This document shows, piece by piece, positions 35,417 through 53,425 of a DNA stretch of 64,000 bases (positions within the stretch are counted from its first letter, which is position 1; each line of letters begins with the position of its first letter). Made by a program: the position numbers and the translations under genes. Source of the DNA: the human T2T-CHM13v2.0 reference genome, Homo sapiens; assembly GCF_009914755.1 (NCBI RefSeq), contig NC_060932.1; one strand, 5' to 3'. The notes below the pieces were generated by a model. That model did no database searches and was not told the origin of the DNA. It saw only the letters and a program-made list of their open reading frames with translations.

Positions 35417-36502
35417 AGTGCAATCAGCGAATGAACACAGTGGCAAAGCAGAGGAGAAACTTTCTGACTTTATCCTCACTTTTTCCCAGGAGGTGGGAGC
35501 CCTATTCTGGGCCTTTATAGAACCACTGAAGTCCTAAAAGTCCTAGGTGAACAAGACTATTATTATGGGCTAAACTGTGTCTTTCTGCCCTGCTCTGGTC
35601 AGTCTGTCTAGGACCTGAATCCCTCTCTCTGGAAACCCTGCTCCAACATCAGTGGTCCTGGTCCTGATTCTGCTGCTAGAACTCCGTAATGCTTCCTGCC
35701 TGGATCTTTCAAGACTGTCTGATGATGCTCTTCTCTGGGGTGGACCATTCTCTCTACGTGCTGCATCTGTTGGAGGTGACTGTACCCGATTAGCATGGCT
35801 GAACCCACCCCAAACACCTGCTCCCACCCTCAATTCCATGTGTGTTTACTCTGGGCCCTGACTTCTCCAGGGCTGCTCCACCCACACCCAGCTGATCTGA
35901 CCTGGTGGTCCTCTGGTACCTAACATGCCTCTCCGTAGCGGTTTTAAACAAACTCGACCCTATAAGCCTAGGTCAAAGGGCTAGTAGAGTGGGACCTGTG
36001 GCCTTCCCGTCTTCCATCGTGTGGGCCCTCTTGCCTCTCCACAACCCTCCTCCTTGAGGAACTTACTGGCGCCAGGGCTTCCCTAGAGAGGTGATGTTGG
36101 GTGTCTTGGAATCAGAACACGCTGTCTGAATCCTGCCTGCCCCACTTCCTAGCTATATTAAGAGCCTCAATTTCTTCTTCCAAATATAGAAATTACCTTA
36201 TGGGTGTGTGTGTGTGTATGATGGTTAAATGAAATAATGTGAAGATCCCTAGCACACAGCATCGAATCAGTCATGTTAATTTGCTTCTTTCCTTCCTTTG
36301 AACCTAGAACCTGATTGTGGAGCTCTGTGCTTCATACTTAGTAAATATTGGCCGAGTGAATAAATATAAATTTCTATTCCAATATTCACATCCTATCAAT
36401 ACTACCTTTCCCTCTGACCTAATTACATTGGAATGCAAGCTAACAAATTCATTCCTTGTCATTTTTCATATTAAGACATTTAAGGCTTAAGGAATAGATT
36501 AG

Positions 36503-36840
<338 letters not shown>

Positions 36841-37513
36841 CGATGTGAATTTCTAGATATGAATTTTACCTATTGTGCAAGGCTAGAAGTAAGAACGTTA
36901 GGATTTTTCATGAGTAGTTGGACCTGACCCGTGCCCTTCAAAACAGCTCGCCTACATACCTGTTTGCCTCTGAAATTCACTTGTATAGTAAAGGCAGTAG
37001 GCAAATGTCGAGGTAATTTATGGGATACGAAGATCTGGGATCAGAAAATCTCACCCTAGCAGATAATCAAGGCTTATGTCTAGACAGGAATTATGGGTTA
37101 TAAGGTTGGACCAAGGAGGTGCAGAGCAAGGCATGATCCCAGCGAAGCACAGCTGACTTCCAAGGCAACGTGCCAGCTCAGCTGCACACACCTGCTTGCC
37201 CTGAAGGAAATGAGCCTCTAAACACATGCTGGACATGGGTGCTCCAGAGGGGCTGTCAAGGCCTGAGGCAGTGAGCGTTGCTGACACAGAGGGGAGAACA
37301 GGCTACCTGCAGTTACTTCAGCAGAACCAACAGGGAACGGCAATTCCTCAAGTCTCACCTCCTCCTAGAAGTCCACTCAGCTTACTTCCAACAGTACCTG
37401 CAGCTGGTTCAGGAGGCTCGAGGAGTTGGACAGACTTCATTCCCTATCTGAGTCCATTTCCAAATAGATGTCTCAGGAAGGCAGAAGGAGGGAGTAACTT
37501 AAAAGGCTCCAGC

Positions 37514-37806
<293 letters not shown>

Positions 37807-37851
37807 AGCCTCCAGCTTTCCCAGCATTCAACATGGACAGTGAATTAGTGA

Positions 37852-38440
<589 letters not shown>

Positions 38441-38570
38441 AAAGTTGGATGTTTAAAAGTAAAACAGAACTTATATTTATTAATCATTAATCAGTATCAA
38501 TCTGATTTTGATCAGTATCAATCAGCATGTGAGAAGTGCTAAGACAGGTATTTCATCCTCTCGTCTGGAT

Positions 38571-38880
38571 GAGCACTGCCCAACAGAAACGTAATGAGAG
38601 CCACATATGAAATTTTAAATTCCCTCGTAGCCACTTTCCAAAAGTAGAATAAAATAGATGAAATCAATGTTAAAGATATATTTTATTTGATGCAATATAT
38701 TTCAATATGGAATCAATACAAAAATTATTAATGAGATGTTTTGCGTTCTTTTTTCTTTTTGTACTAAGTCTTTGAAATCCAGCACGTACTTTGCGTTTGC
38801 AGCGCATCTCAATTCCAAGCAGCACATTGCAAGTGTTTGGTGGCCCCATATGGTGGTGGCTGCCATACTGCACAACACAG
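38571..38880. mobile_element. MER33 (hAT-Charlie) DNA transposon
   Basis: Matches the MER33 pattern (agcactgcccaacagaaacgtaatgagagccacatatg...tactaagtctttgaaatcc...cacatctcaatt-like...gtggctgccatactgcacaacacag). Confidence 0.8.
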
Positions 38881-39055
38881 CTTTGGACAACCCCCTGAGC
38901 AAGGTATTATCAGCATCCCTATTTTCCTAAGGAAAAACCGAGAGACAGAAAGGCTACATGATTTTCCTATAGTCACACTGCTAAAAAGTGATCAAGCTGG
39001 AATTTGTAACCAGGCCAGCCAGATACCAGAGCAGACACCCTTATTCACTAATTGT

Positions 39056-39327
<272 letters not shown>

Positions 39328-40548
39328 TTAGAATAAACAAATATGTAAGTTCTCCATCTACCCTTCCAGACATTTGAGGACATCTAGACTAATATGGCAG
39401 ACACATTTCTCTTCTCCATACCTGTTCTATTAGTCCTTGCTCAGAGATCTTAATTTCACAAAAGAAATAAAAAAGCCTGGTGGAGATACCACAGTGGGGA
39501 GAGTTTTTAGAAAACAGGCAGATCTATTCTCAGCATTCACCTTGGAAGACCTCCAAGGGTGTCTCAACATTGACAGTCTAAGAAGCATCTGCTCCAGTGA
39601 AGTCACCTCAGTCCACATCATGGAAATTCCAGGACCCTCCTCTACGCTGAATGCAAGCAGAGAGCATCTGCCAACTGGGTCAGCAGAACATGGGAGAATC
39701 AGGCCAAGGATCTCCGTAGCTCCCTCCACACGCTCCAAATAAATGCGGCTTTCACAGGCACGCAAGGGTCCGCAAGGGGAAGGCCTCCCAAGGTGCTGGG
39801 ATTGCAGGCATAAGTCAAGGTGAGAGGCCCACCTTGGAGAGTATCCTGTTCAAACCTAGTTTGAGTGAGGTCTGGGAGCTGCCGTGGCAGATGGCCTTAA
39901 TTATTCACACAGTTGAGCCCAGGAGTGGGTCGTAATTAAAGGGACAAGGCAAGGTGCCGAAGGACTGAAGTCTCTGACTGACACAAATAAAAGCCAGAGA
40001 CTGCCAGGAAAAGTTGGTTGTGCCTGGCTCTTCAGAAAGGGAGAAATTATCCCCCAATATGGTCTCACTGGGCTTTTGACTGCACGGCTGAGAACCCTCT
40101 TACATTCAATGCAGTCCATTCAAGGTTACAACATTCACACAGATGATTCTAGTATAAGCTTTGCCAACAAGAGGCACTGTGTCCTCGGGGGGTATCAGAG
40201 AGAGATCAGGAAAGAATTCCTTCACATTAGAGGGACTCGGGGATCGAGGTATTCCTTATAAACATCAGGTGGGATCAGCTTACCCTCCCCAGGGTCTCGG
40301 GCACCTCCCAATGCAGGGGCCCACTCAGACAGCCCACAGCACACCCTTCCAGGAAAAACAGGCGGGATGCTCTGCCACCTCTTTACTGACCATAAACGGC
40401 ATGGACTAGCGGCTTAGTCATGCAGAATTTGGTTCAAATCTTATTTCTTAGCTTATTAGCTCTGTGACCTAGGCCCACTTAGATTTTTCTAAGTCTCAGG
40501 ATTTCATCTACCAAATGGAAACAATATGTACTTAAAAACAACTTTTTA

Positions 40549-40848
40549 GGCCAGGCACGGTGGCTCATGCCTGTAATCCCAGCACTTTGGGAGGCTGAGG
40601 CAGGTGGATCACTGGAGGTCAGGAGTTCGAGACCAGCCTGGCCAACATGGTGAAACCCTATCTCTACCAAAAATACAAAAATTAGCTGGGCATAGTGGTG
40701 GGCACCTGTAATCCCAGCTACTTGGGAGACTGAGGCAGGAGAATCACTTGAACCCGGAAGGCAGAGGTTCAGTGAGCCGAGATCACGCCATTGCACTCCA
40801 GCCCGGGCGACAAGAGCGAGACTCTGTCTCAAACAAACAAACAAAAAA
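40549..40848 (+). mobile_element. AluS-like
   Basis: Alu consensus with (AAAC)n tail. Confidence 0.9.
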
Positions 40849-41182
40849 ACTTTTTTAAGGAAAAATATGAAACATCTTTTCAGGCCTGTTGTAAAAATCA
40901 AAGATCATGCTTCTTAAGTTCCTAGACCATAGCAGGTGGCCAATAAAAATAGCAGCTAATATATCTTGGTTCAAACAGGTGCTGCCTGCTAGATTCGAGT
41001 CAGGTTATTCAGGCACCAACTACAGTTCTGAGTGATACTAAGCTGCATAATGCAGTTGCTTACATTTAATTTTGATCTTCAGCTTCCCCAGGTGTTATTT
41101 GGGGAACTGTGAGCTGCCAAGGCTGAGCCTAGGTAGTTCCTTCTGGATCCCGCACCTTGCAACAACTTAAAATTTAGAAATG

Positions 41183-41554
<372 letters not shown>

Positions 41555-43695
41555 AAATGTACATTTACTCCAAAGAATATACAATATTAGCAAAAAGCTT
41601 AATTATCTAAATAAAAAGGTGTCTTCTCATATACTGTATACATTAGGTATGTGCAAAATTGTGCCAAGTCTGCAAGTAAAGCTTTTAAGGAGGGTAGGGG
41701 AAAAAAAGACTTTTAAGCAGGGCTTGTATCAGCCAGTGCTTGCTGATCTTGCTGAGAGCTGGGGAAGAGGGCTGGGTTGGAGGGAGAGAAAGAGGTTCAG
41801 AACCTTGAACTTACTCAAGGTTCTGAGTTGGTCATAAGCAGTACTGTTACAATTGTCCAACAAGCATCATTCATTGGAAGACATTGTTAGCCCTTGAAGC
41901 ACCTGTCACCCTAAGAACTTTCTGCTACACTCCAGAATCCCTGATTTTTCTTATCCCAGTAGTAGTATTGTCCTGATAATGGATGAGTGTTTGAAAATCC
42001 TTCATGAAGCCTCACTTAATTTTGACCCAGCAGAGCTAACAGAGGAAAAGAAGAAAATGTAAAACTGGCCTTTCTAGGGTCCTTTTCTTAGTGTCCTTTT
42101 CTTAGGCTACTACCTTGATAGCTGAGTCAGTCTGCCTAGGAAGGAATGTGAAAGGCCTACTCCAAAAAACTCTCCAGTATCAAGATTTTTATTGAAGCTA
42201 CTGAAATTTTTTTCTTCCTCCAAAAGCAATCCGTTTTGAATCATTTCATCATCCACCTAAAAAGGCATTCTGTGTTATAGAATTCACCTGCTTAATGGTA
42301 CCTTCTGGAAAATCAAGGACAATTGGCTTCCTAGTTCATTCTTAAACACAGGAGAAACCCAGAACATGACCTCTGATCAATGACACTTGACCTTGTGGCA
42401 CGCAGTCGAATAATGCCCCATGTGACTAACTGATTCCTAGTCAATAGCAACAATTGTTTTTATTGCCAATAGCAATAAAAATTCCTAGTCATGCACAGAT
42501 AAAGGGGAAAACACATTGTAAAAATTATACAGTGTTTGGACATCATGCTTTTAGATTTTCAAGTGCCCTGACACAACCTGATCCTGATGTGATGCTCATA
42601 ACTGTCCCCTTCCCTAATATGAGTATGTGGGGCATAGGACTCTCACAAAGCAGGCTTCAATGGGACCCCACTTTGCTTGCCTGGCCTCCGGCAGGCCCCC
42701 AGTAAATAGGGAAGTGATTCATTCCTCCCAGCACTGGCTCCACATCTTGTGCCCTGGAGCTCCCAGCAACAGTCCTGCCTGCCCCGGATTTGAAGCATCT
42801 CATAAACAACCTGGCAGTTCTCAGCCAGGAACAGTGCCCTACCCTGCCAAGGACACTTGCTTGCAACAGTGTGGCCCAGAGCTCGGCTGAATTTCTTCCT
42901 TCCAGACAGAATGTTCCGCTTGACATTTCTGCCAGATGCCTGCATTCACATTTGGGGTCAGGGGCTAGGGTGGGGTCTCTCTCCTCCATCAGACCCTCCC
43001 TGCCTGGGATTCCTGCTTGGACCAACAGGAGAGATGAATGGTCCTCATTCATGGCCCAGAGCACACTGTGGAGTGGCGATCTCAGCTGTGGTCTGGGGCT
43101 GCTTCTGGCCCCACGGGGAACACATTCCTTTGTGGAAACAGGCTGTCTTGGCTGAATGGGGTTTGCTCAGAGAATGAGGGAAGTGGCTCGGGGGCCATGG
43201 GACCCTTTAGAACCACCTTAGACAAGAATGGAGACTTTAACACCAGGCTTGGTCCGGGCTGTCTGATCCACTTGGCCCCTGGCCAAAGAGTCTACTTCAG
43301 TCTCGTCTATTTCTGGCCACAAAGTGGGAATGTTCAGGGCACAGTGAGATGGTGAGAAGGTAAGCATACAAAACTGCATTTTTTCCCCCAGCCTCCAAAA
43401 AGAGGTCTTTGTTGGCATAATTTGTTGTGACCAATGGGGGTTCCCCGCAGCCCACCGCTGGCTCTGGGTGGAATCTCATTCTGACCAGGCTGTTTCCTGG
43501 GAAGGCTGAAGGTACAGTTTCAAAGACTTTAAAATGTGCCTACCAGAGACTCTCAGATCGGATCAGAGTGCAAAAGCCAAATACATTAGTCTATAAGACA
43601 CATCTCTTCTCTGCAGCTCATAAAGGGGCAGGGAAAATCCAAAATTGGTGATTTTGCTTAAAGGCAATTCAGAAAGTGATAGAGACAAGGATGCC

Positions 43696-44078
43696 TTATT
43701 AGTCTGTTTTCACACTACTGATAAAGACATACCTGAGATGGGGTAATTTATAAAGAAAAAGAGGTGTAATGGACTGACAGTTCCATGAGGCTGGGGAGGC
43801 CTCACAATCATGGTGGAAGGTGAAAGGTGAAAGGTGAAAGGTGAAAGGCACGTCTTACATGGCAGCAGACATGAGAGAATATGAGAGCCAAGCGAAAGGG
43901 GTCTCTCCTTATAAAACCATCAGCTCTTGTGAGACTTATTCACTACCACAAGAACAGTATGAGGGAAGTTGCCCCATGATTCAATTATCTCCCACTGGGT
44001 CCCTTCCACAACATGTGGGAATTATGGGAGCTACAATTTAAGATAAGATTTGGGTGCGGATACAGCCAAATCATATCA
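43696..44078 (-). mobile_element. THE1 (THE1C-like) MaLR solo LTR
   Basis: Reverse THE1 LTR consensus; perfect 5-bp TSD ATGCC at 43691-43695 and 44079-44083; internal (GGTGAAA)x4 at ~43819-43847. Confidence 0.92.
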
Positions 44079-45679
44079 ATGCCTGTTGGGTTCATATTAC
44101 CCGATCCCTACAACCTTAACAAACAAACAACAACAAAACAAGAGACATGGTTTGACTATAAGATAACACATAACAATTGGAAAAACATGGCCAGCATCTG
44201 AGAGTGGTCTCAGATTCAAATCTGGCTTCTGCAAATGGGGAAGAGTTTTAGGTTCTTCACGGGCTACATCAGAAGTTAAAGTGCCCAGTATAGTGACTGG
44301 CTCAGTCACCACAATTATAAAATCAGCAACAATCTGGACAAAATCCAGGAGGCGTATCATCATTCCCATCAAGCACTCTTGGGTAACAGGCTTTAATCAT
44401 CCTCCCCCACTACACACACACTCTCTCAGACACACTGTTTCTCAGAGCTAATAATCTATGGCCAAATCGGTCTGAGTTTCTGTGCCACTTTCAAGGCGAT
44501 ATTGAAGTCCACAAAAGGCAGGCAAGGGGAAGGTGAACAGAAGCCAAATCCAAAATGGCATGCAAGCTTGGTAGGAAATGAAATCACTGCAAGCAAGTCC
44601 AGGGATTATAGGGATGGGGCCCGTGGCATGAAAATTCCTGGAGGGGGAGTGCTGAGATTTGGCCTAGGCACAGACACTGAGGTCAGGAGGGGTTTGGGTG
44701 GTTGGAAATAAGATGAGTGTACTGGGTGAAAGATGGTGGGAATCCTGGGCTGGAGGGAGTACAAAACCAGTTTTTCTGAGATGACCCATCAAAAGTGGCC
44801 AGAGAGGCACCTTCTGAGCTCAGTCCCCAAGTGACATCCTCCCTATGCCCTTCCTGCTTAGCTTGTCACATGCCTCATGTGAGGCTCATGACAGCAGACC
44901 TCGCCCTTGGCTCTGTATACCTTTCGCATCTCCAGAAGCTGCCAGGCCAAGCTGTCATCCAAGCAATGCAACCTGGGCTAATAATCAATCCTTTAGGCCT
45001 GTGCTTGTCCTATGACAGCCAAACCCAGAGAACCCAGTGATGGCAGGGGCAGCTGGCACAGAGACCACAGCCACATTTTCAGCTTGTCTGGAAATTTCTG
45101 GCTCCATAAGGCAGTCAGGTAGGAGTGCTGGTCTGAAGTTCACTAAGAGCCCATGATCTGGATCCTGTCCAGAAGCCTAAGGAGCAATAGCAGCAGGCAT
45201 CAAGTGTCACATCACTGAAGCTGGCCGGGCTTGGCTGCTACAATGCCAGCTGGTGCTGGGTCACCAGGGACCATTCATCAAGGTAATGTCATCCACAGGG
45301 TAGTGGCATATAGAGAGAGACCTGCAGGTCCTCGCTTTTACTGAGGGAGACAGACCTTGTCAGCTACTTGTGAAGCTGATCAGTTTCATTGGTGCTGATC
45401 ACATGCCTCTTCTGGGCCTCTTTTTAAAGAATGATTCTAATAGTCTTACTCCATCTCCAGACTGGCATGGCTCCCACTACCAGTGACAGGATGTCTCCAT
45501 CCTCTTTAGCATGACACAAACTAGCTTCAACCTGCTACCCTGAGCTTCAGCCATGCTGACCTGTGCACATGTGGTTCCAACTGCTTTTACACCCCCCTGC
45601 CCTTGGACTTGCCATTTCCTGTTCTAGAACATCACATATCCACTTCATGAACACCTACTCTTTAAGAATCGACTCACGT

Positions 45680-48482
<2,803 letters not shown>

Positions 48483-48574
48483 AAGAATCTACTTCGATGA
48501 CACTTGAAAGTGTCATGCAGGCAGCCTGGGGGTGGTTGCCAGGCATCAAAATATTACTCTTGACTGAAGACTTT

Positions 48575-48854
48575 ATTATTATTATTTTATTATTTTTGGA
48601 GGCAGAGTCTTACTCTGTCGCCCAGGCTGGAGCACAGTGGCACAATCCTGGCTCACCGTAACCTCCGCCTCAGCCTCCTGAGTAGCTGGGATTACAGGCG
48701 TGCACCACCATGACTGGCTAATTTTTGTAATTTTAGTAGAGATGGGGTTTTACCCTGTTGCCCAGGCTGGTCTCGAACTCCCGAGCTCAGGCAATCCCCC
48801 AACCTTGGCCTCCCAGAGTACTAGAATTACAGGTGTGAGCCACTGTGCCTGGCC
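48575..48854 (-). mobile_element. Alu (AluS/J-like)
   Basis: Reverse Alu with an internal deletion. Confidence 0.85.
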
Positions 48855-48921
48855 TTATTTCTAAATACACACATAAACTCTTAGAGTCACTGATAAATCG
48901 TTCTACTTAAGAAGAGAGAGA

Positions 48922-49240
48922 AGTCTGGGCACGGTGGCTTACACCTGTAATTCCAGCACTTTGGGAGGCTGCGGCAGGATCCTGAGGTCGGGAGTTCGGG
49001 AGCAGCCTGACCAACATGGAGAAACCCTGTCTCTACTAAAAATACAAAATTAGCAGGGTGTGGTGGCACATGCCTGTAATCCCAGCTACTCGGGAGGCTG
49101 AGGCAAGAGAATCGCTTGAACCCAGGAGGTGGAGGTTGCGGTCAGCCAAATCGTGCCATTGCATTACAGCCTGGACAACAAGAGCAAAACTCAGTCTCAA
49201 AAACAAACAAACAAACAAACAAACAAACAAACAAAAAAAC
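48922..49240 (+). mobile_element. AluSp/Sq-like with (AAAC)n tail
   Basis: Alu consensus; flanking GAGAGAGA repeat. Confidence 0.88.
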
Positions 49241-49769
49241 GAGAGAGAGATCAGGTGGGAAGGGAAGGAGGGAGGAAGGAAATGAGGAGGGCAGGCAGGA
49301 TACGGCCAAAGAATGGGCTTAGACTTGTGCTCCAGCAGAAGCTGCCAGAAAGGCAGGAGTTCTCCAGGTGGATTTGAACCCTACAATGGCCAAGGGGCAG
49401 CCTGGAATGATCCTAGTGGTGATACCCTAACACAGCTACAATTGCAAATCTCAACAGGTTGTACTCCCATCCCTAGACGTTTTAAGGAAAGGAGCTACTT
49501 AAATCTCATAACTAATCTGTGATTATAAACTGACTCTTTCAAATCACAGATTATTAACTGTGTTCTTTCAAATATCTCTTCCAAACCCCCTCATGGTAGA
49601 GAAAATCAATATCCAGTCCCAAGATCTTGAGGTGTAATTGAAGCAGCCATGTTTGGGCATGAAACGTATTTGAAATCTCCTGCTTTGCCTTTAAATTCAT
49701 GCATTCTTGCTAATGTTCTATTCTTGATGTAGTAGCAAGGGCATGTTCACTTTGTAAAAGTTCATCCAT

Positions 49770-50266
49770 AACAGGCATTTGTACACCAATGTTCACAGCA
49801 GCATTATTCCCAGTCACCAAAAGGTGGAAACAACTCACATGTCCACCAGTGGAGGAGGAGATAAACAAATGTGGTCTATCCATACAGTGGGATATTATTC
49901 AGGCTCAACAAGGAAGGAAATTCTGACACAGGTTACAACGTGAAAAAACCTGGAAGCCATGCTAAGTAAAATGAGCCAGACACGAAAAGACAAATATAAT
50001 ATATTCCACTTATATGAAGTACCTAGTTCAGTCATAGTCACAGAGACAGAAAGTAGAATGGGGGCTGCCAGGGATTGGTCGGAGGGGGAGAGTGGAGTTA
50101 GTGTTCAATGGGTACAGAGTTTCTGTTTTGGAAGATGCAAAAGTACCAGAGATGGCTGATGGTGATGGTAGCACAGCAGTGTCAACACACTTAACGCCAC
50201 TGCACTGTACACTTGAAAATAGTTAAGATGGTGAGTTTTATGTTACGTATATTTTACCACAATAAA
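49770..50266 (+). mobile_element. L1MB-like 3' end
   Basis: acaccaatgttcacagcagcattattc...ttttaccacaataaa L1M tail. Confidence 0.8.
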
Positions 50267-50377
50267 CACAAAAGCAACCCAAAAAGCCTATGTGGGTATA
50301 TACTTAGGATCATGTGATTTTACCTAGATATGCTATTCTTGGGGTGGGTGAAATCATCTTTAGAAATATGCTTTTCC

Positions 50378-50880
<503 letters not shown>

Positions 50881-51564
50881 TCAATTTTATATTTGTAATT
50901 GTTTTAGAAAGATATTTAGAAAAGTATCTTTCTCACTACATCTTCGAGTCATGCAGGCACTCTGAAGAGCTATACTGTGTTTACCTTGGTACCCCAGTGG
51001 TATATCAGGACAAGCCTGGGGGCAAAAGAAGTTCATGGATCCAAGTTCCAGAAAGATATTATAAAGAAACTGCAAATTAAGTTGTTCACAAGTCATCACC
51101 ATAAGTTATCTTGTCGTAAGTGTATGTTTTATAGGCAAGTGGCATCATTTTTGCAGAAGATACCCTCAGCACTTTGTTGGCAACACATCAAGGAGGATAT
51201 GTCTGTTGCCACAGGACATCCAGAGGGCCAGCTGTGTCTGCTTGTCTGACGTGGATCGTAGGAATGAAAAAACTAAAAAGAAAACATCACTCTTTGCTTA
51301 GAAGACTATAATTAAATATAATACTTAAGGTATCCCAAGTGAAGGGATCAAAAGCCCTGGACAAGAAGAACCTACTAACTGTGTTCCTAACCACAACCTC
51401 AGCATCTGCTGAGTTAGTTCTTGTTCTCATCTGCCACACACACTACTTGCCTGGTAATAGTATTTCTGCCACAGAAAGTGCAAAAGATTTGTTAAAACTC
51501 TGGACAGAAGTCTGAACTACACAGTCCCCAGCATCCTTTATCATCATCAACCAAGTGGCTATTC

Positions 51565-51740
51565 TTTCTTTGTTTTTGAGACAGGGTCTCACTCTGTCAC
51601 CCAGGCTGGAATGCACTATAGCCTTGACCTCCTGGGCTCAAGCAATCTTCCTGCCTCAGCCTCCTGAGTAGCTGGGACTATACCATGCCTGGCTAATTTT
51701 TTTTTTTTGGTAGAGACTGGGTCTCCCTATGTTGCCAGCT
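51565..51740 (-). mobile_element. AluJ-like fragment
   Basis: Reverse, truncated Alu. Confidence 0.8.
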
Positions 51741-52198
51741 ATTCTGAAAAGGCGCCTAGAGACGTCCCTGACGCTGGTCACGGTAGAAGGGCTGCCAATA
51801 CGCTTGGCCAAGAGGTGCTCCCTGCTGAGCAAGCACTGCATTGGACAGCAGTGGGTGCATGTGTGGAATTACTCAGGTGAGAGATTTCTGATGTCTTGCT
51901 TCAACTTACACAGGACTGAAGACTTAAGAGACTCAGCTGTGTGTTGCTCTGGTTGCATCTCTGTGAATGTCTGGTTGGCCCTTCCTTTTCTAGCCTGCAA
52001 CTGCTATTCCCGCCTTGTCTGTGGGCCTAGAGCAGAGTGGCCTCGGGCCACTTCATCTGAGGCCTCATGGACCACCCAGGGTGTGACTGCCATGCAGACC
52101 GACCACAAAAGCCTTTCTCCAGGGGGAAATGGACGATGACAGTAACAAGCTGCTCTTTTAAAGCCAGGCAGCCCCTGGGAATGGGAAATCATATCTCC

Positions 52199-52619
52199 TG
52201 CTGTGGTTTGAATAGGTGTCCCTCCAAAAAATTCATGTTGAAATTTAATCCCCAATGTGGCAGTTTTGAGAGGTGGGGCCTTTAAGAAGTGGTTGAATCA
52301 TGAGTGCTCTGCCCTCATAAACTGATGAATCCATTCACCAATTAATAGATGAATCGGTTATCATGGGAAGGGAATTGGTGGCTTTACAAGAGGAAAAGAG
52401 ACTTGAGCTAGCATGTTATCATGCTCAGCCCCCTCACGATGGTCCTGCATCACCTTGGGATACTGCCAAGTCCCCACCAGCAAGAAGGCCCTCACCAGGT
52501 ACAGCTCCTGGACTTTGGACTTCTCAGTCTCCATAACTGTAAGAACTAAATTCCTTTTGTTTAATAAACTACCGAGTTTCAGGTATTCTGTTATAAGCAA
52601 CAGAAAATGGACTAAAACA
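52199..52619 (+). mobile_element. MST-type MaLR solo LTR
   Basis: tgctgtggtttgaat...ttataagcaacagaaaatggactaaaaca; near-TSD TCTCC/CCTCC. Confidence 0.85.
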
Positions 52620-53079
52620 CCTCCTAAGGCTCCCCAAACTTTAAAATGAAGGAAGCAGTCATGCTTGTGCAACTGCAGCTGCTGGTGTGGAATCACCTAG
52701 AAATTCTTCCTCCATGGAGACAGCCTATTAGCTAAGGAAAAAGAATCTATGGCCGTCAGAAGGCAGGGTGATTTAAGGTTAATGTCTTGCCACTTCGGAG
52801 TTCCTCCCGTTGGATGGAATCGGGTTGACCAGTTTCTCTGCCTCTAACTGGCTATTTTATGGAAGGTCTGTTCATTCCCTGTTTCAAAGCAACAAGCGTA
52901 ACAGCAGAACATCTAGGAGTCCTGTGCCAAGAGATTCCTTTTTCCCACATGATCTGCCAAGAAAGGAGAATTCCAACTTATGAGTCTCATTAACAAGGTG
53001 GAGAAATTTCTTCTTCGCTCCATTTCAAAAGCAAATAAACTTAAGTAATGAAAATGCTAAAAGCAGAAGGCTCTGGTGT

Positions 53080-53425
53080 TGTATTAGTCTGTTCTCATGC
53101 TGCTAATAAAGACATACCCGAGACTGGGTACTTTGTAAAGGGAGGAGGTTTAATGGACTCACAATGCCACATGGCTGGGGAGGCCTCACAATCATGGCAG
53201 AAGACAAAGGAAGAGCAAAGGAACATCTTACATGGTGGCAGGCAAGAGAGCATGTACAGGGGACTCCCATTTATAAAACCATATCTCACGAGATTTACTT
53301 CTCAGGGGAAAGATCTACCCCCATGATTCAATTACCTTTCATCGGGTCTTTCCTACAACACATGGGAATTATGACAGCTACAATTCACAATGAGATTTGG
53401 GTGGGGACACAGCCAAGCCATATCA
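53080..53425 (-). mobile_element. THE1B-like MaLR solo LTR
   Basis: Reverse THE1B consensus; perfect TSD GGTGT at 53075-53079 and 53426-53430. Confidence 0.92.
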
